Source: Hypanus sabinus
Lineage: Eukaryota
Assembly: GCF_030144855.1 (NCBI RefSeq)
Contig: NC_082722.1
Location: 27,404,001-27,468,000 of the forward strand
Length of the DNA stretch: 64,000 nucleotides
Direction: 5' to 3'
Part shown: piece after piece, positions 51,094-62,191 of the stretch
Position numbering within the stretch: the first letter of the stretch is position 1
How the letters are laid out: each line of letters starts with the position of its first letter
The notes under the pieces: generated by a model
The model's database searches: none
The model's input: the letters and a program-made list of their open reading frames with translations, nothing else
What the model was told of the DNA's origin: nothing
Made by a program: the position numbers and the translations under genes

Positions 51094-54000
51094 GTATGCT
51101 GATTTATACCTGCCTCTTCGGAACGGAATATTCTATTTTAAATATTTAATCCTGGTTGCCCGCAGCATATCTGGTTACAGTGTTTCAGCTATTCGTTCGT
51201 CTTTAGCTCTTAGATGGCCAGGGACTTACGTCTTTAGTTTTTTTTTGTTAATTCATTGTGTTTCACTGTTACTAACACTTTTGCTTATTTTTCCGGCAGC
51301 TGTCAAAGTAACTGCGAGCGAAGTATCTCAGTTCCCTAGGGACCTGGACGTCCTGCGAGGTGCGAATGCTACCATGTTCTGCAAATTTCCACTTTTGCAA
51401 GATACTGTTGACGTCCGTTGGTGGAAGGACAGCGAGAAGACATTGTTAGTAAAGGACGACAGAAGACAATTTACTCTCGAAAGGGGAAGGGGTTCACTTG
51501 TACTCTGGAATGTCAAAGTCGCCGACTCCGGAATGTATTACTGTGTAGCAAGGTATCAAGAACGATATCTCGGGAAAGGAAATGGTACCAGGCTCTCTGT
51601 GTTCGGTGAGTGTGGCTGTTTGGAGATTTTCAGCTCTGTGCATTTTACATCAAACTTAGTGATGAGGACAAAATTTTTCGATTTGATAAAACAAACGGCG
51701 AGAATACATTTGTTTCCCTCTTTTAAATATACCCGAGTCCAGATGTTCTAAGTTCATAATTATAAAGATCAGAAGAATTAATCACATTTTATTTCGCTCC
51801 TTTAAAGCGCATAATAGAGTTAATTCTGTTTATCATATCGTACTTCCCCAAACTTTTCCCACTGCAGTTAGTCTAGCCCTGTTCATCAGCTATCTCCCAG
51901 TAAAACATTATGTCCAATGTTTATGATACCTTTGGACTTTGCCCATATTTTCGCGAATGTGCTTTGAATGAAACGAATTACTTTTCAAGCAAGGTTAGAA
52001 CTGTTGTGCAAGAAAGAAGTCGAGATAATATTCATACTAATGTGAATGACTTGAGGTGGATTACTCGATTCGTCATCACAGAGGACGCAAAATATGAAAA
52101 CTTATATAATCTCTATCAAAATGTCTGTATGCAGCAGCACAATGCCCCATTTCCGCATCAAAAGTAGAGAGGAACATTACCCAGATCCAAACGAATTAAT
52201 TCCAACATCACTAACAATTAGTCGCACGCACTGCAAATTGTCATTCCAACTTTTATCATGCAGACTTAGCAAAATATTTATTTCATTCACCATACAAAGG
52301 TGAATATTGTTAGAGTTGAACATCAGCTTGCAATTACCTTCATTACATTCTATCTGCTATTTTCAGCCCACCTGGTCCATAACTCGCTTCGAGCTTTGAT
52401 ACCCATGTGACACAACACTAGTCAAAGGCCTTCGTTCAATGAACAACTATCTGCTACCATACTCTGGCTTCACCCGCGAGGCCAACGCCAGAACAATTTA
52501 CTTCTTCATCCTGAATGCCAAGCCGTCTTACATGATTAGCCCACCTCCCCAATGCAAAGCATTTCCAAAGACCTTGCTAAAATCCATGTTGACCATATCC
52601 ACTGTTATCCTTCATCAAGATCAATGGTAACCCGCTCAATCAGCTCATTAAGATTGGTTAGACACAATCTAACTTGCACAAAACAGTGTTGTCAATTGCC
52701 AATAAAGCCAAGCCGATCTAAATATTTATATATCCCATTCTTTAGAACATCTATCAATAAGCTACCCACTTCTCTGTAATGGCAACTGGTCTATAATATC
52801 CCGGTTTATTCCGAGAGTATATCTCGACCAACGGCAAAACTAGAAACATAATTGCAGAGCATGATTTTGGGAAACTGAAAGATCTGAAGGTAGGTAATTC
52901 ATCTAGACCAGATGATGTACATCCCAGGATTCTGATAAAAGTTGCTGATGAGATTGTGGAGGATGGATGCGATTGTAAAGGTCGTTCGAGAAGTTGTAGA
53001 TTCTAGAATGGTTCTGATAGACTGGAAAAGTGCAAATGTCGCTCCACTCTTCAAGAAGGCAGAGAGGCAGAAAACGGAAATTGTAGGCCAGTCAGTCTAC
53101 CTCACTGGTTGACAAGATGTTGGATTCCATTATTCAGGATCAGATCTTAGGTTACTCGAAGGCACATAATAAAACAGTTCATATTCAGCATGATTTCCTG
53201 AAGGGAAGTTCTCGCCAGACAAATCTGATTGAATTATTAGAAGGGATGAAAAGCAGGATAGATACAGATACGTAGAAACGGCTGTTGTGTACTTAGATTT
53301 TCAGAAGGTCTTTGACAAGACAACATGCACAAGGCTGATTAACAATCTACGAGCCCTAAGTATTGCAGGAAAGATTCTAAGTTTTATAAAGCAGTGGCTG
53401 GTTGTTAAGAGACAAAGAATGGGAATAAAGGGGGCACTTTCTGGTTGGCTGCCCGTGACTAATGGTGTTCCACAGGGGTCTGTGCTCTGACCGGTTCTTT
53501 TAAGGCTATATGTCAATATTATGGATGATAGAATTAATGACTTCGTTACTACGTGTGCAGACAATATGAAGATAGGTGGTCAGGCAGGTAGTTTTTTTAG
53601 GAATTAGAGCGGCAACTGAAGAACTTAGACACATTAGTAGAATAGGCAAAGAAATGGCAGATGGAATACAGTGTCGAGAAGTGTGTGGTAATGCACTTTG
53701 TTAGAGGGTATGGAAGTCTTCTCTATTTTCTAACCGGATAGAAAATACAAAACCATGGATGTGCAAAGGGACTTGTGCATCCGTATGCAGTATTCCAAAC
53801 AGGTTAATTTGCAAATTGAGTCTGTGGTCAGGAAGGAAAATTCAATAACAGCATTCATTTCAAGAGAACTAGAAGAGAATAGCAAGGATGTAATGTTGAG
53901 ACTTTATAAAGCACTGGTGAGGCGTCACGACACATTGTGAGCAGTTTTAGACACCTTATCTTGGAAAGAATGTGCTGAGCCTGGAGGTGGTTCAGAGGAG

Positions 54001-57000
54001 ATTCAAAACAATGATTCCAGAATTAAATAGCTAGTTATATGAGAGCGTTTTATGTCTCTGGGCCTAAATTAACAGGAATTCAGAAAAAAATTAGATGCGA
54101 CCACATTGAAACCTTTTGAAAGGTGAAGGTTCTTGATAGTGTGGAATTGGAGAGGATGTCCCCTACGGTGGGAGAATATAAGACCAGAGGACGCAGCCTC
54201 AGAATAGAGGGGCATCCTTTTAAAAAGGAGATGAAGCAGAATTTTTTTGCCACAGTCAACTATGGAGACCAAGTCATGATGGAAATTTAAAGCAGAGTTG
54301 CTACCTTCTTGATTGGTTAGGGCATGAACAGCTACGGGGAGAAGGCAGCAGATTCGGGCTGAGAGGAAGATAATAGCTATGATGAAATAGCAGAGCAAAC
54401 TTGGTGGCCAAAATGTCTAATTCGGTTCCTATATCCAATAGTCATGTCGTGGTAAAACATTAGTTATACAGTAGTCTTCCGGCACCTCACCCACGAGTAT
54501 GGACATTCTGAATAACTCTATCGGGGCCCTTCCACTTTCTGCACTATCTTCCACCGAGGTCCCATAGGACACCTTGCCATACTCTGGGGACTTCTGTACC
54601 TCAAGGCTGTAATCTGCTTCTGGGCCATGACATTGCTTCTGGTTTGCTTTAGTAATATAGTCTCTGTGTACGTATCACGAGTAAATACAAATGGAAATGT
54701 ATCAGATTTCGCGCCCCCCCCCCACACCGCCACCAAACACACGCATCTCTTTCGGCTCCATGCATTGTTGAACCCGCTGATCTTCAGACGGATCAACCTT
54801 TTCTGTCGCTACCCCTTTATACTGAGTGCATCTGCAGAAGCACTTCGAATTTTCCCCCTTAGGATTGCCTTTCACCTAGAATTTGAGAAGTCCAGGAACA
54901 TTGATGTCGGTATAGGCGTCGGAAGTGGTGTCATCCAGCCGTGACCTCCGGATGGTTATTGTACGCAAAGCGAAATCCTGACTGCTGTGATAAGCAGATA
55001 AACAAATCTAACTGTTGAATCTCTCCTGGTGGACACCGTCCATAGCTGTAGCTGAATCTGCCCACGTTTAGAAAACCTTAAAATTGGGCTCACGTTTTAG
55101 TAAACTTTGTGCATGGTGAAATTGAAGTTGTTCAGTTCATGTTTGACTCACTGCAAGGAATCATTTCCACCAGCGATCCTTTAGCAGTGCCAAGTCACTG
55201 TCGACAGTTTTGCTGCAGGACTTCAGACTTTAGACAGAATAAAACTATAGAATCAATGCACTTAATATCAATTTGCATTTGCGTTTCTGGTTGTTTCGTG
55301 GAGAAGATGATTCGCATCAGTCAATACGGGGGAACTGTTCCAGGAATGGTTCACATTCATGGAACATCTCTATTACTGAATGCTTATGACCAAAAAGTTG
55401 AACTGCCTGAGCAGTTGAGCTGACATACTTTTCAACTCCATGTGCATTCATACTATAGAAACCTGTGATATTTCGGGTTTTGTAGCTCAGACTTGACACG
55501 AAATTAAAAATCCAAAAAAATAGCCAGGATTCCAAAGCTAACGCCCGCTGCAAACCTAACTGTGCAATAAAGCTCAAATGCCATTCAAAAGAGTATGTTT
55601 TCCGCACTTCGGACCTCCTAGCTTCGCCGTTGAGGAGTATTCTCTGAACTCTTCCTTTCATCCTTCTCCCAAACTGACTGTATTTTATTTTGCTTATTTT
55701 GTGACTGTCAGTACTGGATGGTAACTACCCGTGCTGTGTGTGAATATATATACTCTGTTTTGGAACTTGGCCCCAGAAGAACAATGTTTCGCTTAGGGGT
55801 GTGTGTGTATGGTTTAGCAACAATAAACTGAACATGAAATTGAAAGAATTTGTTAAACACTGGTTAATACTGTCGAGCAACTCATTTGATAGTTAAAGTG
55901 TCATGCCAGTTGGTGGGGAGATAAAGGAATCTACCTGCATTGAAATGAATCGAAACTACCCGATATATCTTTGTTTTTTACTGAAGCTCTTCCAACTCCA
56001 TTGGAAATTGTTCCTATTGGAGGGTTTTCGTCTCCTCGAAAACTCCAGTGTAAAACGGCTGGTTTCTATCCGGAGAAAATAGAAATCGTTTGGCAAAGAA
56101 ATAACAAGCAAATTCACACTGGAGCAGAAAATACGACAATCAAAAAAGTGGGTGGCTTGTACGAAGCTATTAGTTCATTAGAAGTCACGCAGTCTACTTG
56201 GGGAAAAGATATTTACACCTGTCTGGTGATGCATGTCTCCTTGACGGTTCCTGCCGTTTTCAGCTACATACAGGAACAAGGTAAGATGTAGTCTTGTTGT
56301 ATCTGGGCCGTAAACGTCGACACTTTAGATCTGCCTGATCGGCTGAGTTCTTCCAGGGTTTTCCGTGATACACTGAATTTCAGCATGTTCAGAATCTTTT
56401 GCGCTCTATATAAGATGGAACACTTATCAGTCATAGTGGCGTGGTCATTGTGAACTTGTTAGGAACAGTAACTGAACAGCTGCCCAAACACGGAAGAATG
56501 ACTAATTTTGAAGCTTAGTAATTGACAGTGAATTTTCAACGTGAAAGATGACAAAAAACGAACGTTTAGTTTAAATCGTGTAGGACAAATTAAGAAATTA
56601 AATTCGTGCAGTATTTGTGAGGTAGCAAACCTCTGAACATTTGCAAAAGTTGTGACAAAGCAAAGCTTAAAATCTATAGTTCATTGTGAGATAACAAAGG
56701 TCGGAATTTGTATTTCCTGTTTTATGATATATTTTCCGAAATTGTGCAGTGAGGTTTGAAAGCAGCATATAAAATATTTGACATTGTTGATTCTCCTGTG
56801 TGCATTTGTTTGTAGATGTATAAATTCTTCACAGTTTCTTGTTTCCCCCCTGTTGATTCACAAGGCTCTGATACTAAATTCATTCTGGCATGTGCAGTGG
56901 GCGGATCGGCAAATTTAGCTCTGATAATAGTTTTGGTGAAAGTCAAGTTAAAGAGATCGCACGGTAAGGACCCTGATCGCTGTGAAATTTCATCTCTATT

Positions 57001-60000
57001 CGAGCAAAATAGATATGCTAAAGGTACTTAACTTCAAAACGAAATCTCATTACAGCATAATTAGACAGGGATTGAGATGCTCGGACCGGATTACATAAAT
57101 ATTCATCAGGCACAATAAAAGCAGGATCTGTAAATGCAATAATTCTACCAGTCCATTCGCTGTATTTACACGCAGTATCTTGTTTATAAGTGCCATTATA
57201 TCCCTTCGGAATACTTCAAATGTCGTTTTAAATACACTGGTCGATCCAGGGTATCAAGGGATAGGGGGAAAAGTTGGAAATTGGAACTAGATGGGAGAAT
57301 AGTTTCGCTCATGAAGGAGTGGCGGAGCAGACTCGCTGGGCCGAATGGCCTACTTCTGCTCCTTTGTTTTGTGATCTTATGATATGTTGAAGCATAAGCA
57401 GCTTCACGTAGGTCTATGCTTACTGTGACTGTGTCAAAAAAATTGACGAAATCGTGCATGTCTCATTGATTTTAATTTCCATTTTACCGACAGTATTTAA
57501 ATGTAGTACAGCTATTCATATTCTGTTATCACTTTACAGCTTTAAAGTCGAAGACTGTTCAGCATAGTTCCACGATGTTTATGCACTGTATTAAGACAAC
57601 TGATACCCCAAAATGCTTTCTAAAAGATCCGTAAATTCAGCAGATCCTGTCAGGAGCCGGTCCGGTCCAAGGACTCCGGACTCCGGGTCCTGCAGTTGTC
57701 CCTCCAGTCACCCGTAAACTAGTTAGGACATTCCTGGCTCAAGGAGGCACACCTGTGACTCATTGAGCTGCAGGTGCTTATAGGGGGCCTTGGGACTGGG
57801 ACCAGGCGGGTGGTGGTTTTTTTCTGTTTCCTGTTCTCCGCCGGCTCCGAACACTTCTCTGCATTCTATTATCCTGCCCGGGCTCAGATCTACTCCTCAT
57901 CATGCTTCTCTGCCCCGTACCAGTACTGCCAGGTTGGTCCTCTCCCCCACCTTTCTTCCCATGCGTTGCTCCCGATTCTCCGTTCGTTTGCGTTGTTCGC
58001 GCTGTCGCGCTGTCTGCCGGCCTTTCCCGATTTTCCTGTTATCATGACTGTTGTGTTGGTCACCCTGGACCTAAGCCCGTTCCTACACCTTGCCTCCGTC
58101 GGGCAGGTCCGTCCGGTCTGCCGCTGCCCGGGCAGAGGTTCTGCCCCGTCCTCCTCATCAGCCCGAACCCTGGAATTGTGCCCCGCAACCGCCTAGGGGT
58201 CCGCGCGTGCCCAGGCCTCCGGTGTTCCCGCCTGGGAGGTGGCCCAGAGAGGGCTCTACGCCAGCCTATCTAGCCACCTAGACCTGCCTTCCTGCCTGAA
58301 CCCCGGGACCTGTCTGCCTTCCTGCCTGAACCCCGGGACCTGTCTGCCTGCCTGATCCCCGGGAAACTGCCTGAACCCCCGGACCTGTCTGCCTGCCTGC
58401 CCGAACCCTCGGACGTGCCTGCCTGCCTGAACCCCGGTGACCTGTCTGCCTGCCTGAACACCGGGAGCCCGCTCCGCTCTGCCTGCCTGAACACCGGGAG
58501 CCCGCTCCGCTCTGCCTGCCTGAACACCGGGAGCCCGCTACGCTCTGCCTGCCTGAACACCGGTAGCCCGCTCCGCTCTGCCTGCCTGACCCTCTACCGA
58601 CCTGAACCCCAGCTCTACCCTTAAATGCCATGGCATCCTCATCCTCTCCTCTCCCTAGTACTTCAGTGTCTGCGTCCTGTGTTTGGGTCCATCCGACCGC
58701 GTTCCTGACAGTTCCTCTTTCGCGGTGAATTCGATTGGTAGCAAACGAATAATGTCCATTGCTTACAAGGCAAATAATTTATTTTACTTTTCTTAAGGGA
58801 TTAACGCAAGTTCTTTGGACAGATGTCAGAATGAACAGACGGTATGTGAAGGGTCGTGTCTGCTTTCTTAGTGGCGTATACATATAGCAGAAATATTATA
58901 AATTTATTTTGTTCTAATATTTTGAACGCAATAGGAAATAATGAAACTCCCCGACAACTCATTATTTTGAAGTATATATCCAAGATGTGTTTGCATATTC
59001 CTGCTTAATCTGCTTCCTTTAGTCTTTGAGGATTCCACACCAGTTTTTAACCGGTTGCATTGAGATGAACGGTAATATAAACCAGTGGAAGTTAGGCAGT
59101 TAATCATTCACTGTGTAGCGAATAATTAAGTATAAATCTAAGCCTGAGGTGATTTAGATGTCAAATGTCGGCTTACGAGAATCACGGTATAGTGGTGAAT
59201 GGCGAAATACTGTACACGCTGAAATCATTTCGCAATATGTGTTACATTTGATTTAAACGAAGAGTCAGCAAAATTGAAAATACAATGAAATCTTGTTTTG
59301 TAACGTCATATGCAGTTTTCAACCCCGATTCCCAATAAAGATCCATACGGTATTGCTTAACCTGCAATAGAATCAAATATGTGTCCAATAAACCGTGTAG
59401 TTTCTGGCGCATAATGATACCCATATGTTAACTAAACTCCACAAGGCGCCCGCTTTTCCACGAGGCTATGCTGAATGATTATTGTCATCAATTTTGAAAG
59501 AAATGCTTCAAAACATATGAATGCATTATCATGTCCCATTTTGGATTAAATCCAGAAGTTAAAAATCTCTAGCGACATCTTGGGAAAGAGAAAACGTTGT
59601 CCTTTCAGGTTGAAAATTCCTCCCCAGAACGTAGCATAAACGTTCATTGTTTCTCTTTGCTCTCGTGTTTCCTGACCACAGTGTGTTTTATTTGTTTATT
59701 TTACTTCAGAGTTCCAGCAGTTCAATGTTATAAAATTTGTGCTACCTGGATTCTCCTGACAGCATAAATTAAAACTCTATCGGTTGTATACCTATCTGTC
59801 TAGAACTGGAAACGTCTACTTGTGTTCAATTACTCACCTTTCCAAAGTTAGCGCGTGTTTTTACTTTTAAGTAACGGTATTAGCTGCGGCAACTTTTCAT
59901 ATCACCAGAACAAGGCTGTCATATCTCACAACACACACAAAATGCTGGTGGAACACTGCAGGCCAGGCAGCATTTATAGGGAGAAGCGCTGTCGGCCTTT

Positions 60001-62191
60001 CGGGCCGAGACCCTTCGGCAGGACTCACGATGTACTCACGTCAGGACTGTGACGAATGGTCTCGGCCCGAAACGTCGACAGCGCTTCTCCCTATAGATGC
60101 TGCTTGGCCTGCTGTATTCCACCAGCATTTGGTGTGTTTTGTTTGAATTTCCAGCATCTCAAATTTCCTCGTGTTTGCTGTTATATCTCTCTGGCTTCAT
60201 GATATTACTAATCCGTTGAAACTTCTATCAGTGTTCGTATCACTTCCCGAAATGAAGGACTGGTTCTGACAGTAAACACGAGGAAATCTGCAGATGCTGG
60301 AAATTCAAACAACAACACACACAAAATGCTGGTCGAACACAGCAGGTTAGGCAGCATCTGAGAGTAATATTTAAGTTGAAGGTGGAATGTTGAAGACAAA
60401 TTATTTACCGTTGCTTTATTGTTCTAGAATGCTCTGTTATTTTTCCTGCCAAAACAAATGCTATTTTAACCATTTTCTGTAACGTGCATCTCCAGTTGTT
60501 CTACTTATTTCGATTGTAACTTGTTGATTCACTAGCAACATCAATAAGCCCAACAGCGGGCAAGATGCCCATCCCGCATTTGCTAACTCAGTTAAGCCAG
60601 GCTGGGACAGTACATCAGGTCTTGCCATTTGTACCAATGTCCTTAACCTAGATAATGCGAGTTTGAAGATCACAGATCCTAATTGAACCATGGGTACAAA
60701 ATCTGGTCCATGCCAATGATTACAATAATTTGTCGGGGTGCATAAGATAAACGCATCTGATAAAGCCCGTGCACAAAACTTGGAAGAGCGGAAGTTATAT
60801 AACCACATAACCATATAACAATTACAGCCCTTCTGGTCCGTGCCGAACACTTTCACCTAGTCCTAGTCCCAAAGTATGACAAAGTCGAAAACAAGGGTAT
60901 GACATAAGACATGAAAAAAAAGGAGATGGCCAGGCCTGAAAAACCGTTCCGATTGATAGGCTAGTTAAAAGTGTTTGTTTGGAAATCTAACCTATACGTA
61001 GCAACTTCAGGCCTGAAATGGGTTTGGTATCCCACGCCCGGTATGATACACGGACAATATCATTATACGCGGACAAAATATTATTCCAACCATTTTTAAT
61101 CATTTTCTATTATTAGATAATCCGAATCAAACTTACTTCGTCATCACTGACCTTTGTATCTGTTATCAGTATTAAGTATATTTTTCTAACAGGCTGAAGA
61201 AGCTGCGGATGAGCACAACACAGACTATGTTTCACTAAATAAGAGGGAGAGCAAAGGATTTCGCAAAGATCGACAAGAAAAGCGCATTATCTATTCTCCG
61301 GTAAAGCAGATACATAGCCATGAATAACATATGAATTTGCTTCAGAGATATAACACTGTAACAGAACCGTCCGGCCCGAACAGTTCGTGCTACCCAATTA
61401 TACCCCTTTGAACAATTAGCCGACTCACGACTACATATTTAGAATGTGGGAGAAAACCCGAACGCCCACAGAAATTCATACGGTCATGGGAAAACTTAGA
61501 AACACACCATTTAGTCGCGCACTGGAAGAAAACCTGGATCACTGCTGCTTTAATAGTGTTACGCTAGCCGAACGATACCGAGCCAGGCAAAACATAACTT
61601 TGCCATATCAAATCTGTTCAGGACTTTTAACATTCGGAATGTTTCTATGAGATCCCCCCTGTTGGTAGGTGTGACTGAGGAACCAATATCTATAGACTAA
61701 ATGGTTGTGGCAATCCGACACATATAACACAAAAATGCGCTAGTGTTTTGAGTTAGCGAAATATGTTTTACTATACCTGCTGGCTTAAGGAGTTACCTAC
61801 TCTCCCAACTCGATTTAGTTAAACTTCATTTCTATAATGAAAGAAACGCTCGTGATTCTACAGGCTGATGGAGTTGAAATACCATATAAATCCGGACAGA
61901 AAAAGTGAAAACAAATGTTGACATAGATTTTGTGTAAAACGACAGAAATCTAAAATCGATAACTTATAAGTGCATCAGTAATTTATTTTAGAATTTTTGA
62001 TTCGATTTGTACAACTCAATGGTTCCTGATTAATCACTGATTTTGAAATATTTTCACAGACTAAAAGAAATGGAGCTGACAAACTGACCTACGCTGCGCT
62101 ACAGCTTCCCGATTCCAAGAACACCTCAGCATCCAAACATCAAAACCAACACACGCTCTACGCAGATGTAAATACATCAAAGAAACTGTGA
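51039..62191 (+). CDS. Multi-exon gene: non-rearranging VJ-C1 Ig-superfamily type I membrane receptor with ITIM/ITSM tail (NKp30/SIRP-like), about 330 aa
   Basis: Six coding exons with GT-AG boundaries: 51039-51093, 51300-51605, 55987-56280, 56865-56963, 61193-61300, 62060-62191. Phases match except TM to cytoplasmic exon 1, which needs a small 3n+2 exon or the downstream AG at 61199. Confidence 0.85.
51300..51605 (+). CDS. Exon 2: Ig V domain with germline-joined J-like G strand
   Basis: Acceptor ttattttttccggcag-type tract, donor G|gtgagt, 306 nt. MFC...RWW...DSGMYYC...LGKGNGTRLSVF. Confidence 0.93.
52820..54440 (+). mobile_element. Degraded CR1 ORF2 in the V-C1 intron (preceded by minus-strand CR1 fragments at about 52360-52800)
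   Basis: YLDFQKVFDK...GVPQGSVL; LYKALVRRH. Confidence 0.8.
54480..54960 (+). mobile_element. Penelope-like RT fragment in the V-C1 intron
   Basis: Degenerate sequence, recognised by family resemblance only. Confidence 0.4.
55987..56280 (+). CDS. Exon 3: Ig C1-set domain
   Basis: Acceptor ttgttttttactgaag, donor G|gtaaga, 294 nt. KLQCKTAGFYPEKIEIVW...YTCLVMHVSL. Confidence 0.93.
56865..56963 (+). CDS. Exon 4: transmembrane GSDTKFILACAVGGSANLALIIVLVKVKLKRSH
   Basis: Pyrimidine tract plus acaag acceptor, donor G|gtaagg, 99 nt, phase 1-1. Hydrophobic run followed by basic stop-transfer residues. Confidence 0.85.
57648..58710 (+). mobile_element. Solo LTR (1063 bp) in receptor intron 4
   Basis: TGTCAGGA...TCCTGACA inverted termini. 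Flanks gatcc / gttcc (5-bp TSD with one mismatch). GC/CpG-rich, no internal coding region. Confidence 0.75.
58446..58589. repeat. 33-bp minisatellite x4.4 inside the LTR, preceded by degenerate 26-30-bp units from 58278
   Basis: Unit ctgcctgcctgaacaccgggagcccgctccgct, seen as SACLNTGSPLR repeats in ORF 58415. Confidence 0.9.
59930..60140. repeat. About 90-bp inverted repeat (hairpin) of two tail-to-tail Penelope-like terminal repeats, loop about 25 nt
   Basis: 59941-59953 pairs with 60117-60129 and 60001-60012 pairs with 60058-60069, same centre (60035), no indels. Confidence 0.9.
61193..61300 (+). CDS. Exon 5: cytoplasmic AEEAADEHNTDYVSLNKRESKGFRKDRQEKRIIYSP
   Basis: Acceptor tatttttctaacag, donor CCG|gtaaag, 108 nt, phase 0-0. 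Tyrosine motifs TDYVSL and IIYSP(V). Confidence 0.75.
62060..62191 (+). CDS. Exon 6: terminal cytoplasmic TKRNGADKLTYAALQL...HTLYADVNTSKKL-stop
   Basis: Acceptor attttcacag. Canonical ITIM LTYAAL and ITSM TLYADV. TGA at 62189-62191. Confidence 0.85.
   Translation, partial: TKRNGADKLTYAALQLPDSKNTSASKHQNQHTLYADVNTSKKL

Noticed and set aside
51002-51751. 249-aa ORF as a single-exon protein
   Set aside because: It reads through intron 1 and into intron 2. Splice sites delimit the real leader (different frame) and the V exon.
51300-56280. Rearranging TCR/Ig locus
   Set aside because: V and J-like strand are in one exon. No heptamer-spacer-nonamer RSS flanks it; scattered CACAGTG hits lack nonamers. 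The tail carries ITIMs.
58270-58631. Repetitive ORFs (RQAERSGLPVF, SACLNTGSPLR) as proteins or a CRISPR array
   Set aside because: Translations of a 33-bp minisatellite inside an LTR. There are no unique spacers.
60861-60896. Candidate exon VLVPKYDKVENK with YxxV
   Set aside because: The acceptor derives from a CR1 tail fragment, and phase 1-1 does not fix the reading-frame gap.
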